Part shown: piece by piece, positions 24,515-36,648 of the stretch
How the letters are laid out: each line of letters opens with the position of its first letter
Numbering within the stretch: the stretch's first letter is position 1
DNA from: Podarcis melisellensis
Lineage: Eukaryota
Reading direction: 5' to 3' (one strand)
Assembly: GCA_964234715.1 (NCBI GenBank)
Contig: OZ174284.1
Length of the DNA stretch: 64,000 nt
Notes under the pieces: generated by a model
The model's input: the letters and a program-made list of their open reading frames with translations, nothing else
The model's database searches: none
Told to the model about the DNA's origin: nothing
Translations under genes and position numbers: made by a program

Positions 24515-25433
24515 GTAAGTTTTGCTGAACTAGTGACCAAAAAGTTCAACATGCCCATCTGCGTCTGCACTGCTTCTGTGTGATGGAAGCCCAGGGCAGA
24601 AGGGACATGTTTACTAAGGGCTTACAACTTGCAAGATTCATTTCCAGGGGCTGTAGGGGTGAGCAGGAAGCAGTTGGTTTCATTTGGCCCACCACAAGCT
24701 CTGGAGTACAAGTATTTATGTGGCTAACGAGGGAAGCAGGATTCTTTGCTTAGAGATTGGGAGAGGCAGTCGTCTCTTGCAGCTATGATGAGTGGAGGCA
24801 CCAGGGACAAAATAGATTATTGGCTTAGAACAAAGGTGTCATTGGTTTATTGCCTGTTTCCATACTGTTTGTTTTGTAGTATTTTAATTGTGGTTGAACC
24901 TGATTCTTGTGTTCTTTTTTTAAATGGAAAAGCAGGAGTGGTCAATGCACTACCCTCCAGATATTGTTGGCTACAACTTGCATCAACCCCGGCTGTTGGC
25001 CATGCTGGCTGGGTCTGGTGAGAGTTGCCCTCCAGATTTTACTCAAATCAATCATGTTTACTACCCCTTCAGTATAAAATAGGCACCACATACCTTATTT
25101 TAGACTCCATGTATACATGTAGAGGTCTATGTATTCCTCCGTGTATGTGCAGGCCCTACATCATGCTATGCTCCTCATAATTACATACACCATTCTCTAC
25201 TCTTTATATATACCGTATTTTTCGGACTATAAGACACATTTTTTCCCTCCTAAAAAGTTTTCTGTGTTGAAGTTTTTTGCGTGTGGAATAGTATTCAGTC
25301 ATGTGAACCTCCACCTGCAGCCCAGACACAACTTTACCATCTCAGTGAGAACTAGCATTTTCTCCAACTATGAAAACAGGCAATGGAGTTGTATTGGAAA
25401 ACAAATTGTGTTATATGAAATATAAGGGCTGTA

Positions 25434-25671
25434 CAGTGGAACATTGGTTCTCGAACTTAATCCATTCAGGGAGTCCGTTTGACTCCCGAAACCATTCAAA
25501 AAACAAGGCGTGGCTTCCGGTTGACTGCAGGAGCTTCCTGCACTCAAGTGGAAGCTGCGTCGGATGTTCAGCTTCCAAAAAGCATTCAAAAACCAGAACA
25601 CTTCTGGGTTTTCGGTGTTTGGGAGCCAAAACGTACGAGTACCAAGGCGTTCGAGAACCAAGGTACGACTA
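25434..25671. mobile_element. Tc1/mariner (Tigger-like) MITE
   Basis: TA|cagtggaacattggttctcgaac ... gttcgagaaccaaggtacgact TIRs. Confidence 0.8.
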
Positions 25672-25987
25672 TTATTAGCAACAGCAAAGCTGTTTTTTCA
25701 GGGTTTCCCCTCCCCAACTTTAAGATGCTGTGGTGTGTGCAGAATCATTTGAAACAGGATGGCCTTGCATATACTAATACTGGATTTGGGAAGGCTGCTT
25801 AAGGAGAAGCCTTGGCTTGCTACAGTGGATACTCGTCAGTGCTTTGCTTTGGTATCTGAAGCTTAAGAGAATTGATGTGATCCCGTGAATAACTACGGGC
25901 AAATTAGTGCCCTGAATTTTTTTTAAAAAGAAAAGGAAATTAGAATATTCTGGTGAATTTTATTTTGTTTGTTTGTGTTTTTCATAG

Positions 25988-26057
25988 CCTCTGCCATCAG
26001 TGGCTTCTACAACGGTTACTGGAATGGCATCTGCACCAGAACAGCCTACAAATACTG
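25988..26057 (+). CDS. WNK1: WNK1 exon 22
   Basis: tcatag|CCT ... G|gtaaga; PLPSVASTTVTGMASAPEQPTNT; phase 0-1 bridges exons 21 and 23. Confidence 0.82.
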
Positions 26058-27804
26058 GTAAGAACCTTTTGGAATGAACAATGTCTGAACAAGAACACTT
26101 GGTGTCTGCTGTTTGCTATACTAGAGGTTTGTTCATGAATCCTGTGCAAAAGGATTATAATCTCAAAAAAATTGGCTTTTGGAACTCTACCTCATACCTC
26201 AAAACAAATGAATAATAATTAAAAAACACCCAAGTGATTATGTGGATAGTTTGACACGGGGTGAAAGTACGATTGCTCTTAAGCAGTGACTAAAAGGATC
26301 TGTAGGGTTCATTCTTTTCCCAGTAGCTTTTATGGGTAGCACATTCCCTTTTGCTCTTTAACAATGATTTGATTGTACTGTGGTCACTCAGGCATTGTAA
26401 ATATTCAGGCTGTGCACCAGATTTGGCTGAAGCCTGAACTGAATTGGGCCAGTTAGGGAGGAGGGGAATCCCAAGTTGGGTAGAGGCAGCGCCAGACTGA
26501 GCCAGGTTGGGTTGCCTGGAACAATCTGGGGCTTTTAGGGAGTGGGGCATTGGTTGGGATGTAGGAGAGGCAGGGAGTCTGTTTCTCCAGCAAACTCCCC
26601 GCAGGGAATGTGCTAGGGAAGCTGACCCCTGAAGGATTGAATTCTCTGGTAAGCATCTAAAACAGTATTCATTTTGCAAGTCTCTCTTGCTGTTGTAATC
26701 TTACCTGATTTCCTCCAGCACACCAGCGGCTCCTTCTGCTGAAACCGAACAGGGATTTGCGTTGCCATACAAGACCCTATAAAGAAAGTGCCTACAGCGG
26801 GTCTGGCTTCTGCCACCTCCATCCACACTACTCATTGCTCCCATCATCAGCCTCAACAAGTTCCCTTCCTGCCTATCTTACCCTTTAAGCAAGCACCAAG
26901 CACATCCCATGGATGCTGCCGGGTCTTGGGAGTTCAGGCTTCTCCCACCTGTGCCATTCCTTGCTGCCACCCAGCTGTCCCTTGAGGCCTTTCAAGTGGA
27001 ACACACTGCATCTTCCTTGCCAGCCTCTGCTTTTGCAGCACCTCTCAGATGGTGAGGGAAGTGAGCGCTGTGTCTCTTTCCCCACTCATGAACAGGAGGT
27101 TTCAGTCCCGCTGACTTTCGGGCCCTGCTCTGCCAGTGTGCTCCCTGTGGGAAAAGGTCTGGTGGAGCAGCTCCCAGCAGAATTAAATCCTGCCCTGGGA
27201 TGAGGTAGGAGGAGATGCAGAGTTTGCTCCTTTCCTCTCCACTCCCCCAGTTGATTTGGGGCTAGATCTGGGCCTGGTGTTTCCCACATTAGCCCAGGTT
27301 TTTTTGAGGGGGCATGCACAGCCTTAGGAAATAGGTCATTGTTTTCCCATTGCAACTTTAGTTTTACACTAAAGTTATTTTCTCTTGTAAGAATTGCTTG
27401 CTCTTCTCTTCCAATAGGGCCTAATGTGTTAATATATTAGTAATTCCTTTAGGTTTCTCTTGGGTAGACAAGCAAAATTTCTGCAAGTATAATTCTGTCA
27501 TCTGTTGTCAAAGCCAATATGAAAATAATCAGTTTTTGTTAAGGAAATGTTCAAATGAGGTACCACATGCCTTTTGTAGAAGGTGAATACTGCGTGTTCC
27601 CAAAACAAAGCCCCCACCTACCCCTGGTTAACTAGAAAAAGTAGGATGACTTAACTGAAACTGTTAAAGCAGTTTAGTAACAGCTTCCTTTGATCTAATT
27701 AGAGGAACACATTTCTGATTGACTTTTCTCAGAGAATTTTGTTCACAAACACAGGGGGCAAAAAATTGAATTGCAAATCCTCTTCCCACTTTTCCCCATT
27801 TCAG

Positions 27805-27878
27805 AGTCTCAGGATGCAGGAAGCTGTTCCACAACTACCACCTCAGGAGTTGCAGTTCTTAAGATGGGTCGTTTTCAG
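27805..27878 (+). CDS. WNK1: WNK1 exon 23
   Basis: tttcag|AG ... CAG|gtattt; SQDAGSCSTTTTSGVAVLKMGRFQ, 74 nt. Confidence 0.92.
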
Positions 27879-28408
27879 GTATTTTACAGCATTTTGTTGT
27901 GTCTACCCTAGCTACTGTGTGACTTTTATGGTTCTTATTTTATAGACAAGGAGCTGAGACTGGGACAATATATTTCTCTTTAAGCATTACTAGCATTCTT
28001 CAAAAGATGCCCATCTTGTCTCATTATCCATTTTCTGCTTTCATCTTGTGACTATGATATTTGGTGTCAGCACAAGTTTTTATCAGAAAATGATCTAATG
28101 CAGTGGTTGGCTCCTTTTGAGGGAGTACTGTTTAAAATTGTTCTGACTTTTTATGTGAAGTCTTGGCACAAACAACCCTTAGTTCCTGTGCCTTACTGTA
28201 ACTGTAACTAAGCCTATACATGTGAAGCAGATCCACATATTTTTCTGTTTAACCCTGCTTCCACTTTCTTTTCCTTTTTGTTCTGCATCCCCTGTGTCAA
28301 ATTTCAGACAAAGCTGCTCAAGGCAGGAACCTATCCTCTTACACTATGCAAAGTGCCACTCTGTAAAGGTGCTCTGGCTATAATACTGTATGTCTCTATT
28401 GTCTCTAG

Positions 28409-29052
28409 GTGTCAGTAGCTGTGGATGAGCAGAAAGAGAGTGGAAGTAAGCCCAGGCACTTCGACACAAGCAGCTCAGATTCCTCATCTTTGTCTAGCAG
28501 CAGCAGCCCTGAGAGTACTCTGGTGAAGCCAACCTCCAGTGGAATAGCCGAAGCCATTGCTGTTACCTCTGCAGATGTGGTGGATGGAGTTTTTTCACAC
28601 ACTTCCACCGCCAATTTGCAGCCAACCAAGGTTGGGCGTTTCCAGGTGACGACGACAGCAACAGACCAAGTGGGCCGGTTTTCTGTGTCTAAAACTCAAG
28701 ATGAGGTGACCTGTGTGGAGAGAGAGGTCCCTGCAATAGTCCCTCTGGCTGTAAACTCTGAGCACGTTTCTTCTCCCATCAAAACTCCCAAGCCAGGGCT
28801 TATTGCAAGAAGGCATTCTCTGCACCTGAATGGGCCATCGTCCGAGCTGGAAGCTGCCTTCCTGAGTGGTGCAGCCAAGGAGCAAGATGATGGCTCAAGG
28901 AGTCCAGACTCTCTCCATCCACCTGGGTCAAAGATCAGTCTTCCAGTTCAGAGCCTTAGCAACTCATTCAACTCTTCCTACATGAGCAGTGACAATGAGT
29001 CGGACATAGAAGATGAAGACTTGAAGTGCGAGCTGCGCCAATTGCGAGAGAA
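28409..29052 (+). CDS. WNK1: WNK1 exon 24 (RFQV and RFSV motifs, acidic motif)
   Basis: ctctag|GTG ... AA|gtaagt; QPTKVGRFQVTTT...VGRFSVSKT...SFNSSYMSSDNESDIEDEDLK. Confidence 0.96.
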
Positions 29053-30202
29053 GTAAGTCCTCTCCCCCCCCCCCCCCCGGACTTTTTTAAGAGGACATAA
29101 TGAGTAGAAGCATGACTTGTTTGAAAGTTTTATCCCGTGTAGTGGGACTAAAAACAGTTATCTGCAGTCAGCACTTGCAGGGAATTTGTATAGTGAGGTC
29201 TGCAATATTCGTCCCCTGTTTTTCTAGTGGAATGAGTGCCTCCTTGCAATTAACATCTCCTTGTTAATGGATAGGCAGCTGAGGATGAGAAAACAGGGGC
29301 TTCTCTGAGAGTTCACAGCAGAGGCAAGATTTTAACTGGAGATGTCTGGGACACTGTTCAGTCTTAGATGCTAAAAATGCATGAGCGGACTAGATGTCTA
29401 GCTCTTTAGTGTTTTATGAGTGGACTAAAGTACAGAGAGCTCCCATGCTTCTGGCTTTCTCGCTTTAGTTAATTGCAAATTCAGTTGTTTCAGTGTTGAG
29501 AATTTCATTCCTCCTGTGCTGCAGATGTGTGTGTGGGATTGTTACATGTCACATGTCTGTTTACATTCCAGCACTGATTGTTGGAGAGGAAATTGAGATA
29601 CACTGTTTCCGCTCTGTATAGCTTTTGCTTTTGCAGCTCTCTCTCCAAGGAAGACAGAGAGGAGCCATGTTTTCTTTGTTTTGTTACGATTGATTTAATT
29701 TGCAATAAATTAGGCTTAGATGTTACTCCTCAAGGCTGAGTTTCTGGGTCTCATCTAGTATCAGTGAACTCTAGGAGTAGGCAGTTGACAGTGGGAGAAA
29801 ATGAAGGGCAGGGGAAGAGAATTTAACTACCAATGGTCCATGTGTTTTACAGTAAATGTCCACTTTTTCCACTTCTCTCTCCTCCCTGACCCCCTTATAT
29901 AGTTATAAAATCCTTAGTACAACAGGCGAATGCTGGGGTGGATTTTTTCTCTCCCCTTTTCCTCCTGAAACTATTTGATTCTCCTTCACTAGCCTGCCCT
30001 GAACTGCCCTGCACTGTTGCATGCTGTTTGGAGCACTCCTCTGAGAGGGTAGTAATCCACTGTCATACTGCGTGCAGCCATAGTTGTATAGGATAATGCC
30101 TAGATAAATAGCTTCTAATCTGGGTTCACTTCTTGTCCATCCATTATTGGGATGATTTAGTGGTATGAAAAGTGACACATATTTCCTTTCCTGTTCATTT
30201 AG

Positions 30203-30405
30203 GCACCTTAAAGAGATCCAAGAGCTTCAAAGTCGCCAGAAGATGGAGATTGAACTGCTTTACACGAAACTGGGCAAGGTACCTCCAGCAGTAATCATCC
30301 CTCCTGCTGCTCCTCTGTCAGGCAGGCGAAGAAGACCCACTAAAGGAAAAGGCAGCAGGTCCAGCCGCAGCAGCTCCCAGGGTAACAAGAGCCCTCAAAT
30401 TTTGG
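30203..30405 (+). CDS. WNK1: WNK1 exon 25 (C-terminal coiled coil, HQ motif)
   Basis: atttag|G ... G|gtaaga; HLKEIQELQSRQKMEIELLYTKLGKVPPAVIIPPAAPLSGRRRR. Confidence 0.96.
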
Positions 30406-30697
30406 GTAAGACACTTTAAAAATGCCCACGGGTTGGGTAAGTTGGCTTTGTGTAGTGTCTTGTGACTTTTTGTTTAATATGGGCTGCTTAATATGGGCTC
30501 GACTGGCTACCATGAACTCTCCTGCTGCAAATTCTCCTTCCAGCTGCCACTGATCTTTATCCCACTTCCTTCAAGGAGCTCAGAGTAGTGCACATGATCG
30601 CTGCCTCTCTCTTCCTTTTGTAATGTAGATTAAGCTGAAAGCAGGTGGCTGGCTTTCTGTTTCATAGTGAGCTGTATGTCTCACTGGCAACTTGAAC

Positions 30698-31323
30698 CAG
30701 GGGTGGGGATATTGTTGTGCTTGGCCAGCCAAATCCTTATTTCCCCACGCCTGGTGAGCCAAATTTGACAGGTGTGCGGGGTGCCTACCTCTCAATCACC
30801 TGACGTCACTATGATGCCATGTGACATTGCACTTTGAAGCCCTTCAAAGGACACTGCAGGCTGTTGGAAAGTGTTTTGCAAACAGCCCAGTGCTGCTCTT
30901 TAAACCTAGGAAAACTGGAGCTTTAAGTAGCAGCTTGAGGCTCTTTGTAAAAGGGCTTTCCAACAGCCCTGCACTGTGCTTTGAAGCAGCATGCAGCAGG
31001 ACTGAAGTCTCCACTCCTCAGCGGATGAGTGGAGACTTCCAATTCTGCTCTCTGCAGGGATCTCAGCAGGATTTAACTCCCCTCTCCATCAGCGGATGAG
31101 CAGAAAGTTAAATTCTTCTGCAGTTCCCTGTGGAGAACTGGTTTGTGCAGCTAACACAGAAGGCAACCCCATGCCCCCAACAATCATCTGGTGCCTCCCT
31201 GCCCATCAGTGTGGCAACAGCTGATTGGCAGGTGGGTGTGATTTTGAAGAAATAGCCTGCCTGGACAAATTGGGGGCCCTGTTGGACCAAGATATGCCTG
31301 CAGGTCAGAGGTTCCCCACCCCC
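30698..31323. mobile_element. Non-autonomous hAT-like element
   Basis: caggggtgggga at the left end and gttccccaccccc at the right end; TSD not clear. Confidence 0.5.
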
Positions 31324-31810
31324 AGAAACCCAGGTCTCCTCAGCTCACGTTCAGCTGTCTTTATCCACAACACCACTCAAGTGTTACGCAAAATGTAAGC
31401 AACAAAGTTGTATTCCATAGCCTTTTCACTGTGTGTTTTAGACTTTAGATAAAAACTCAAGAAGTGCTGAGGGATTGTATTGGGCAAAGCAAGGCTTCCA
31501 GCAGCATATTTCTGTGGGGTATGTGCAGTGAAGACATGCAGTTAAGGTGTTTATTGTTTACTGCCTTGTAGATTTTAATTTTAAGATATGGAATGTAAAT
31601 ATAACTAATTAGTCCTCTGTTACCGTACCCAGTAGAAACAGGTGGATGCTGAGTCTTAATTTGTGTGTATTGCCCTTGTTGACACAGTATTATTTCGATT
31701 GTTAGCCACAAGCAGCAGTGTAGCAGTCCTGTGAAAGCATTTCATTTTTTGGCCTGTGTTCATTTCTCCCATTAGCTGTTGCTGGTTTCAGCCTAGTTTA
31801 ATAACTAAAG

Positions 31811-32299
31811 CAGGGGTAGGGAACCTCTGGCCCACAGTCCTAATCAGGCCTTGCATAGCCCCCCGTTTGGCCTACAAGGCCATTTCCCTCCATGCCATGC
31901 TGACCTACCGCACACACAACATAATCAGATGTGATGTCAGGTGAGGGGCAGGTAGAGCCATAAACTGCATTCCCAGTTGTGCATTGGCAAGCGAGATTTG
32001 CTGTCATGCATGGGAAGTTCTATTGGCTGATATATGGTAGTTTAAAGCCCTTTTTTCTGCAGGAATTGTCTCTGTTGTAGTGTTAGTGCAGCTTATCCCT
32101 GCAAAAAGCAGGTTTGAAGTTGCTGCCTGTCAACTGATTAATGGCAACTTCAAGCCCACTGGATTGTATTTGCTACCATGTTTCCTGGTAGCACAGCTGG
32201 TCTCTGCAGAAAGCAGGCACCCACCAGTTAAAGTGGGCCACTGGAGTTGGGGTAACCCACAACTAGGCCCCCCCAGCTGGATCCAACTCCCTACCCCTG
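31811..32299. mobile_element. Non-autonomous hAT (Charlie-like) element
   Basis: TIRs caggggtaggga / tccctacccctg; 8-bp TSD aactaaag / atctagag (6 of 8 match). Confidence 0.8.
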
Positions 32300-32433
32300 A
32301 TCTAGAGTTTCCTTTTATGTGCCAGCAGAGGTCATCCTTAAGAAGTGAAATATGAACACTGTGCATTTGGGATGGGAAAACTTAAGTACCCATCATGTTG
32401 CCAGTGTCCTGATTTGCTTCCCTCTCTCCCTAG

Positions 32434-32613
32434 GCAATCTGTCTGCTCAGAGTGCACCTTCGGTCTTGCCCCAACAGCAGACCCTCCACCCTCCTGGCAC
32501 TGTCCAAGAAACAGGACAGAACCATCTGTTACAGCCTCTGAAACCATCTCCTTCTAGTGAGAACCTCTACTCTGCCTTTACTAGTGATGGTGCCATTTCT
32601 GCGCCAGGCCAAG
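32434..32613 (+). CDS. WNK1: WNK1 exon 26
   Basis: ccctag|GC ... G|gtaaat; NLSAQSAPSVLPQQQTLHPPG...LKPSPSSENLYSAFTSDGAISAPGQ. Confidence 0.95.
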
Positions 32614-33480
32614 GTAAATGTTGTAGATTAGCAGCATGGAGAGAAACGTGACTGGGGGCTGAGGTGGGGGATTAAATATCCTGCTACATTTCAGATTATC
32701 TCCTTCATAGGATGAAGCTGTGAGGCCTGGGACACTTCGGCAAGTAAAATTAAGGATATGACAGTGAAGGTTGCCCTGTATGTTTTTGCACCTTCCACAT
32801 CAAGGAGAGATGATGGAGGGGAAAAGCTTGAGGCAGATAGTGCAAAATGTCTCCCTGGATAAATTGGGAGCTTGTCAACTTTACTTGCACAAGTTAGAAG
32901 TTTATCATGGTCCCTGAGAGACCATATTTGAATTTGCAGTTTGCATGCATAACATACTCATTTCTGACACACACATTAATGGTGTGGGTGGAGTGGCAGT
33001 ATGTTGCTTCAAGACAAGGAGGTGGGTATATCAATAAAAGAATAGAATATGCTACTGCTTCTTCTAAGTCACCTTCCTAATGAGAAGGGAGCTTCTGCTC
33101 ATTCCTTTTTAACCATATGAGCCCTACTAACCTGAACCTCATGTGTCTTTCAAGTTGTGCAATGTATTATGTCAATGTGTGCATTGGCTGTTTTATATCA
33201 CTTGTGGCATGCAACCCTGTTCCTGCTGGATTAACTAATGGAGGATAGCTCTCTTCCAGTTGAGGAAACAAACATGATTTTGAGAGTGGGGGTGGGGTAC
33301 AGAAGAGTCCTTGCTCCTTGTGTCTTACAAATGCTCCTCTACCGGTGAGGTTCTTTTCTCTCGTGTCTTGCTAGTGCATTTCACCACCAGCTTAAAGAGT
33401 TTTCTAACATCTTGTAGTTGTGTTCTGTCTCTCTTTTCTTCTCCTTGTTCTTCCCCTCTTTTATTTTTGTTTTATCACAG

Positions 33481-33552
33481 GGTGTGTGAAGTTTAACTGT
33501 GCATCTGAGCGGGTGACATTCAAGCCTGGTGGCAGGAGGACCCGATTTCTGA
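33481..33552 (+). CDS. WNK1: WNK1 alternative exon 26a (72 nt, phase 1-1)
   Basis: Long pyrimidine tract then tcacag|GG; GCVKFNCASERVTFKPGGRRTRFL; donor GA|gtacgc; matches recalled mammalian 26a peptide. Confidence 0.88.
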
Positions 33553-34067
33553 GTACGCCCTGCTTGGCTCTTTGTGTGTAACACCTTTACTCCTTCCTCG
33601 TCTTTTTGTTTTCTGCTACTTGGATCTGTTGTCACATGCTGTCCATTCACATCTGCCTTCTTGTGTCTCTCCAACCCCAGGGCTTGGCTGAGTTGCTCTT
33701 AAGTATATCCTCCAGAAAGTTGTCTTAAAAAAATTATTGTGCTGCTCAGCCAAAAGGCTACGATGGTAGTGGCCTATGTTTTTCAAGTTTTAATGATGTT
33801 TTGGGTAGCAAACTCCTTTCCTCAGTTTATAGTCTTCCCTGTAGTAACTGCAGGGAAGGCCATGGTGGAACCTTTCCTAGTGGTTCAGCTGGGGTTCTGT
33901 GCAGACCTGTGCCAGTTTGCATAACTCTGAAGAGGCACAGCCAGCTGTTTATTTGTTTGGGCTGAATGTGTATGTGGCAGTGACCGTCACACTGCTTCAA
34001 CATGCATAGCAGCAATTCAGGGTTGAGGGCTGTGTCTATTGTTGAATTGGTGCTCATGATGGAACAT

Positions 34068-34140
34068 TTCATAGAATTGTAGAGTTGGAAAGGTTCCCAA
34101 GGGTCATCTAGCTCAACCCTTTGCAGTGCAGGAATCTTAG
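34068..34140 (-). mobile_element. CR1-type 3' tail fragment
   Basis: catagaattgtagagttggaaagg...ggtcatctag...tgcaggaatc, same tail as the elements at 11138 and 45350. Confidence 0.65.
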
Positions 34141-36606
34141 CTAAAGCATCCATGGCAGATGTCTCCTGCTTTTCCACCAAAGGACTTGAAATCAAGACAA
34201 CAGTCCAGGAAGCAGTGTGACTAGTATCTACTTTTGGAGCTATGGGCATCGTACCTTATTGTTACTCCTGTTGGAGGGAATTGCTAGCTTTTTTTGCCAC
34301 TTCACCCCACCAGCTCAATTCTTAGCAGAGGAAAATGTTTAAGGTCCCTGTCTCTTGACTAAAATAGGAACCTGGGAAGGGATTATTTGTATTAGCTCAT
34401 GAGTTGCATAGTGATATGATCAGCTTAGCATATGGGTGCCTTATTCAGGTTTAGACATGCAAAACCTACTTCATGCTTCATCAGTTTTAGATAGAAGAGT
34501 GACTTGTGGGAATGTATTCTTGAGTGGGAAGGGCCAATGTTTGAGAAAGGGTATTCCTTCCCTCTTCCTGTGCTTTGGAAGGGAAATGTAATCCCTTAAT
34601 AATTGGGATTAAGATGCTTCCAGCGTAAATATTTCTTGTGCAGCATCTCATGTGTTGCTTGGCACACTGTCCTTGCAGAGTATAAAAACATGTTCAGTCT
34701 GCTTTGCTGGAGCTGTGTATTGCACTTCTGAAATTAATGGCGCTTAAAGGACTATAAGGCACTTAACAGATAATATAGACCTAATAAAAGGATTAAAATT
34801 ATAGCCAAAGGAATTGAACTCTAAAAATAGCTGTTCTACATAGATTTAATTGGGTCTGTCTCCAACCTCTACTGAACTAGACAGGGCCATGGAAATAGGT
34901 GGAAATGGATGGGTCAGTTGTGCTGTGATTCTCCAGCAGTTTGACTTCACCCCTGGAGGCACACTCCATTGTCTCTCAAGACAGACAGATGCCAACAACA
35001 TGTGTCTATTGAATTGTGTGCTTATGCTGCAGATAGAATACTATTTTCCTGGGCGTGCAAATTGTATTCTTCTTCCCAAACTTTAAAAAACCAGCAGGAT
35101 CTTGGGATCCTATTTTTGAAGAGCATCTGTCCATGTACACTGAGCAGCAGCTCAGCCACGCCAGGGATTTTTCTGTGCCTGTACCTAATGAGCCGAGCAG
35201 CAGATTCCAAGACAGCCTTGCACAAGGACAGCTACAATGAAAATCATAAGATGATAATATTTGATTTCAGAGAAATTAAAAGAAACACCTTTTTAGGATT
35301 TGAAGTTGCAGCACTGCTTTAGCCTCATCGTCCTTGGTTTTTAGTTGCTTGGGGCAACTGGAGTGCATATTTGTTATTATTTAAAGTATTTATATCCTGC
35401 CTTTCAATCCATATGGATCTATAGGGTGGCTGGCCAGCACCCATCATAAAAACAACATGCAGCTCTTCTCCCCATCTCAGGCTTCTTAACTGGAAATCTC
35501 AATGTGGACAGTATAAGGCAGATCTGAAAGGATCTGCAAAAAATAGTGATAAAGCCAGGACTAAGAACTAGCTTCTCCCAGAAAATATTGAATTGCAATC
35601 AAAGATTAATAAGAGATCAAGGAGTAGTCATCCTTTATTATTGTGGTGGATAATTAATAAATAGCAAAGATACGGCTAATCTTGCTGCACACTTGCTCTA
35701 GTTTTAATGTGGCTGTTGAACGGGAGGTACCTTTGTGAAGTAAGATCCGTGATGGGGAGACAGAAAATGCTACTTTGGTCTCTGGAAGTAATGGCATATG
35801 TGCAATACCCTCAGCTGCATCCCTCAGTTTATTGCAGCTGTCCTGTAAAACAAGGCAGCACTTGTGGAAGCACGGCTTGGCTTGATGCTCAGTTTGTTTA
35901 CAGGTTTCTTGTTTTACTGGATTTTGACCCGACATCCTATCACAGATTCTGGGATGGTGGGAAAAGGTTTCTGTTAGAAGTTAGAAGACAGGGCAAATAA
36001 CGGGTGGGTTTCTTGATAGCTGGAGAAGAAGTGGAAGAGATTCAACAGGTATGTCCCTACCTCTGGTGGCACTGATGTTCTAGGAAATAGGGAATCAGAG
36101 AATGTCAGAATCGAACCATTATAATGTACTCTCAAAACTGCAGGAAGTTTTTATGCCATTCCTTTTTCAGTCAGAAGGAGAAATCTGATCAGCTGGGCAT
36201 AAATTAAAGATTTAGTCCAGTGTTCAGTTCAGGATTTGGTTGACTTTCAGTTGAACTGGACTGAAACTTTGTTTCCTCCAATCAGTAAGAGTACCTGAAC
36301 TGTTGTCTGAGACCCAGTCTAACTCACCAAAATCTACTTAATATTGGATGAAATGATTAGGCCACAATCTTAATACATGTGAGAGATACAGGTGCATAAA
36401 ATGAATGTGAATTTTGTTGCAGCTCCTCCAGTTGCCACTGTGTGTCTTGCTAGAAAAGTCCTGAAAGAATCAAAAGCAGTGTCACCAAAGGACAGGGTCC
36501 TGTTGTATTCTCCCCTCTTTATAACCAGGCTATTTGTGCTGTTTGCTTGACACTAAATGTTTCTCACTGTTTCTCCCTAACAAAATGCTTTCTCTTTGTG
36601 CTTCAG

Positions 36607-36648
36607 GGAAGATGGTGAAAAAAGTCTGCCCTTGCAACCAGCTCTGTA
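36607..36648 (+). CDS. WNK1: WNK1 alternative microexon 26b (42 nt, phase 1-1)
   Basis: cttcag|GG; (R)KMVKKVCPCNQLC; donor TA|gtaatt; matches recalled mammalian 26b peptide. Confidence 0.87.

Noticed and set aside
26430-27330. GC-richer block in WNK1 intron 22 with a TATAAA, as a possible solo LTR or hidden gene
   Set aside because: No convincing TG...CA ends, TSD or coherent ORF found by eye; a repeat-library search would be needed
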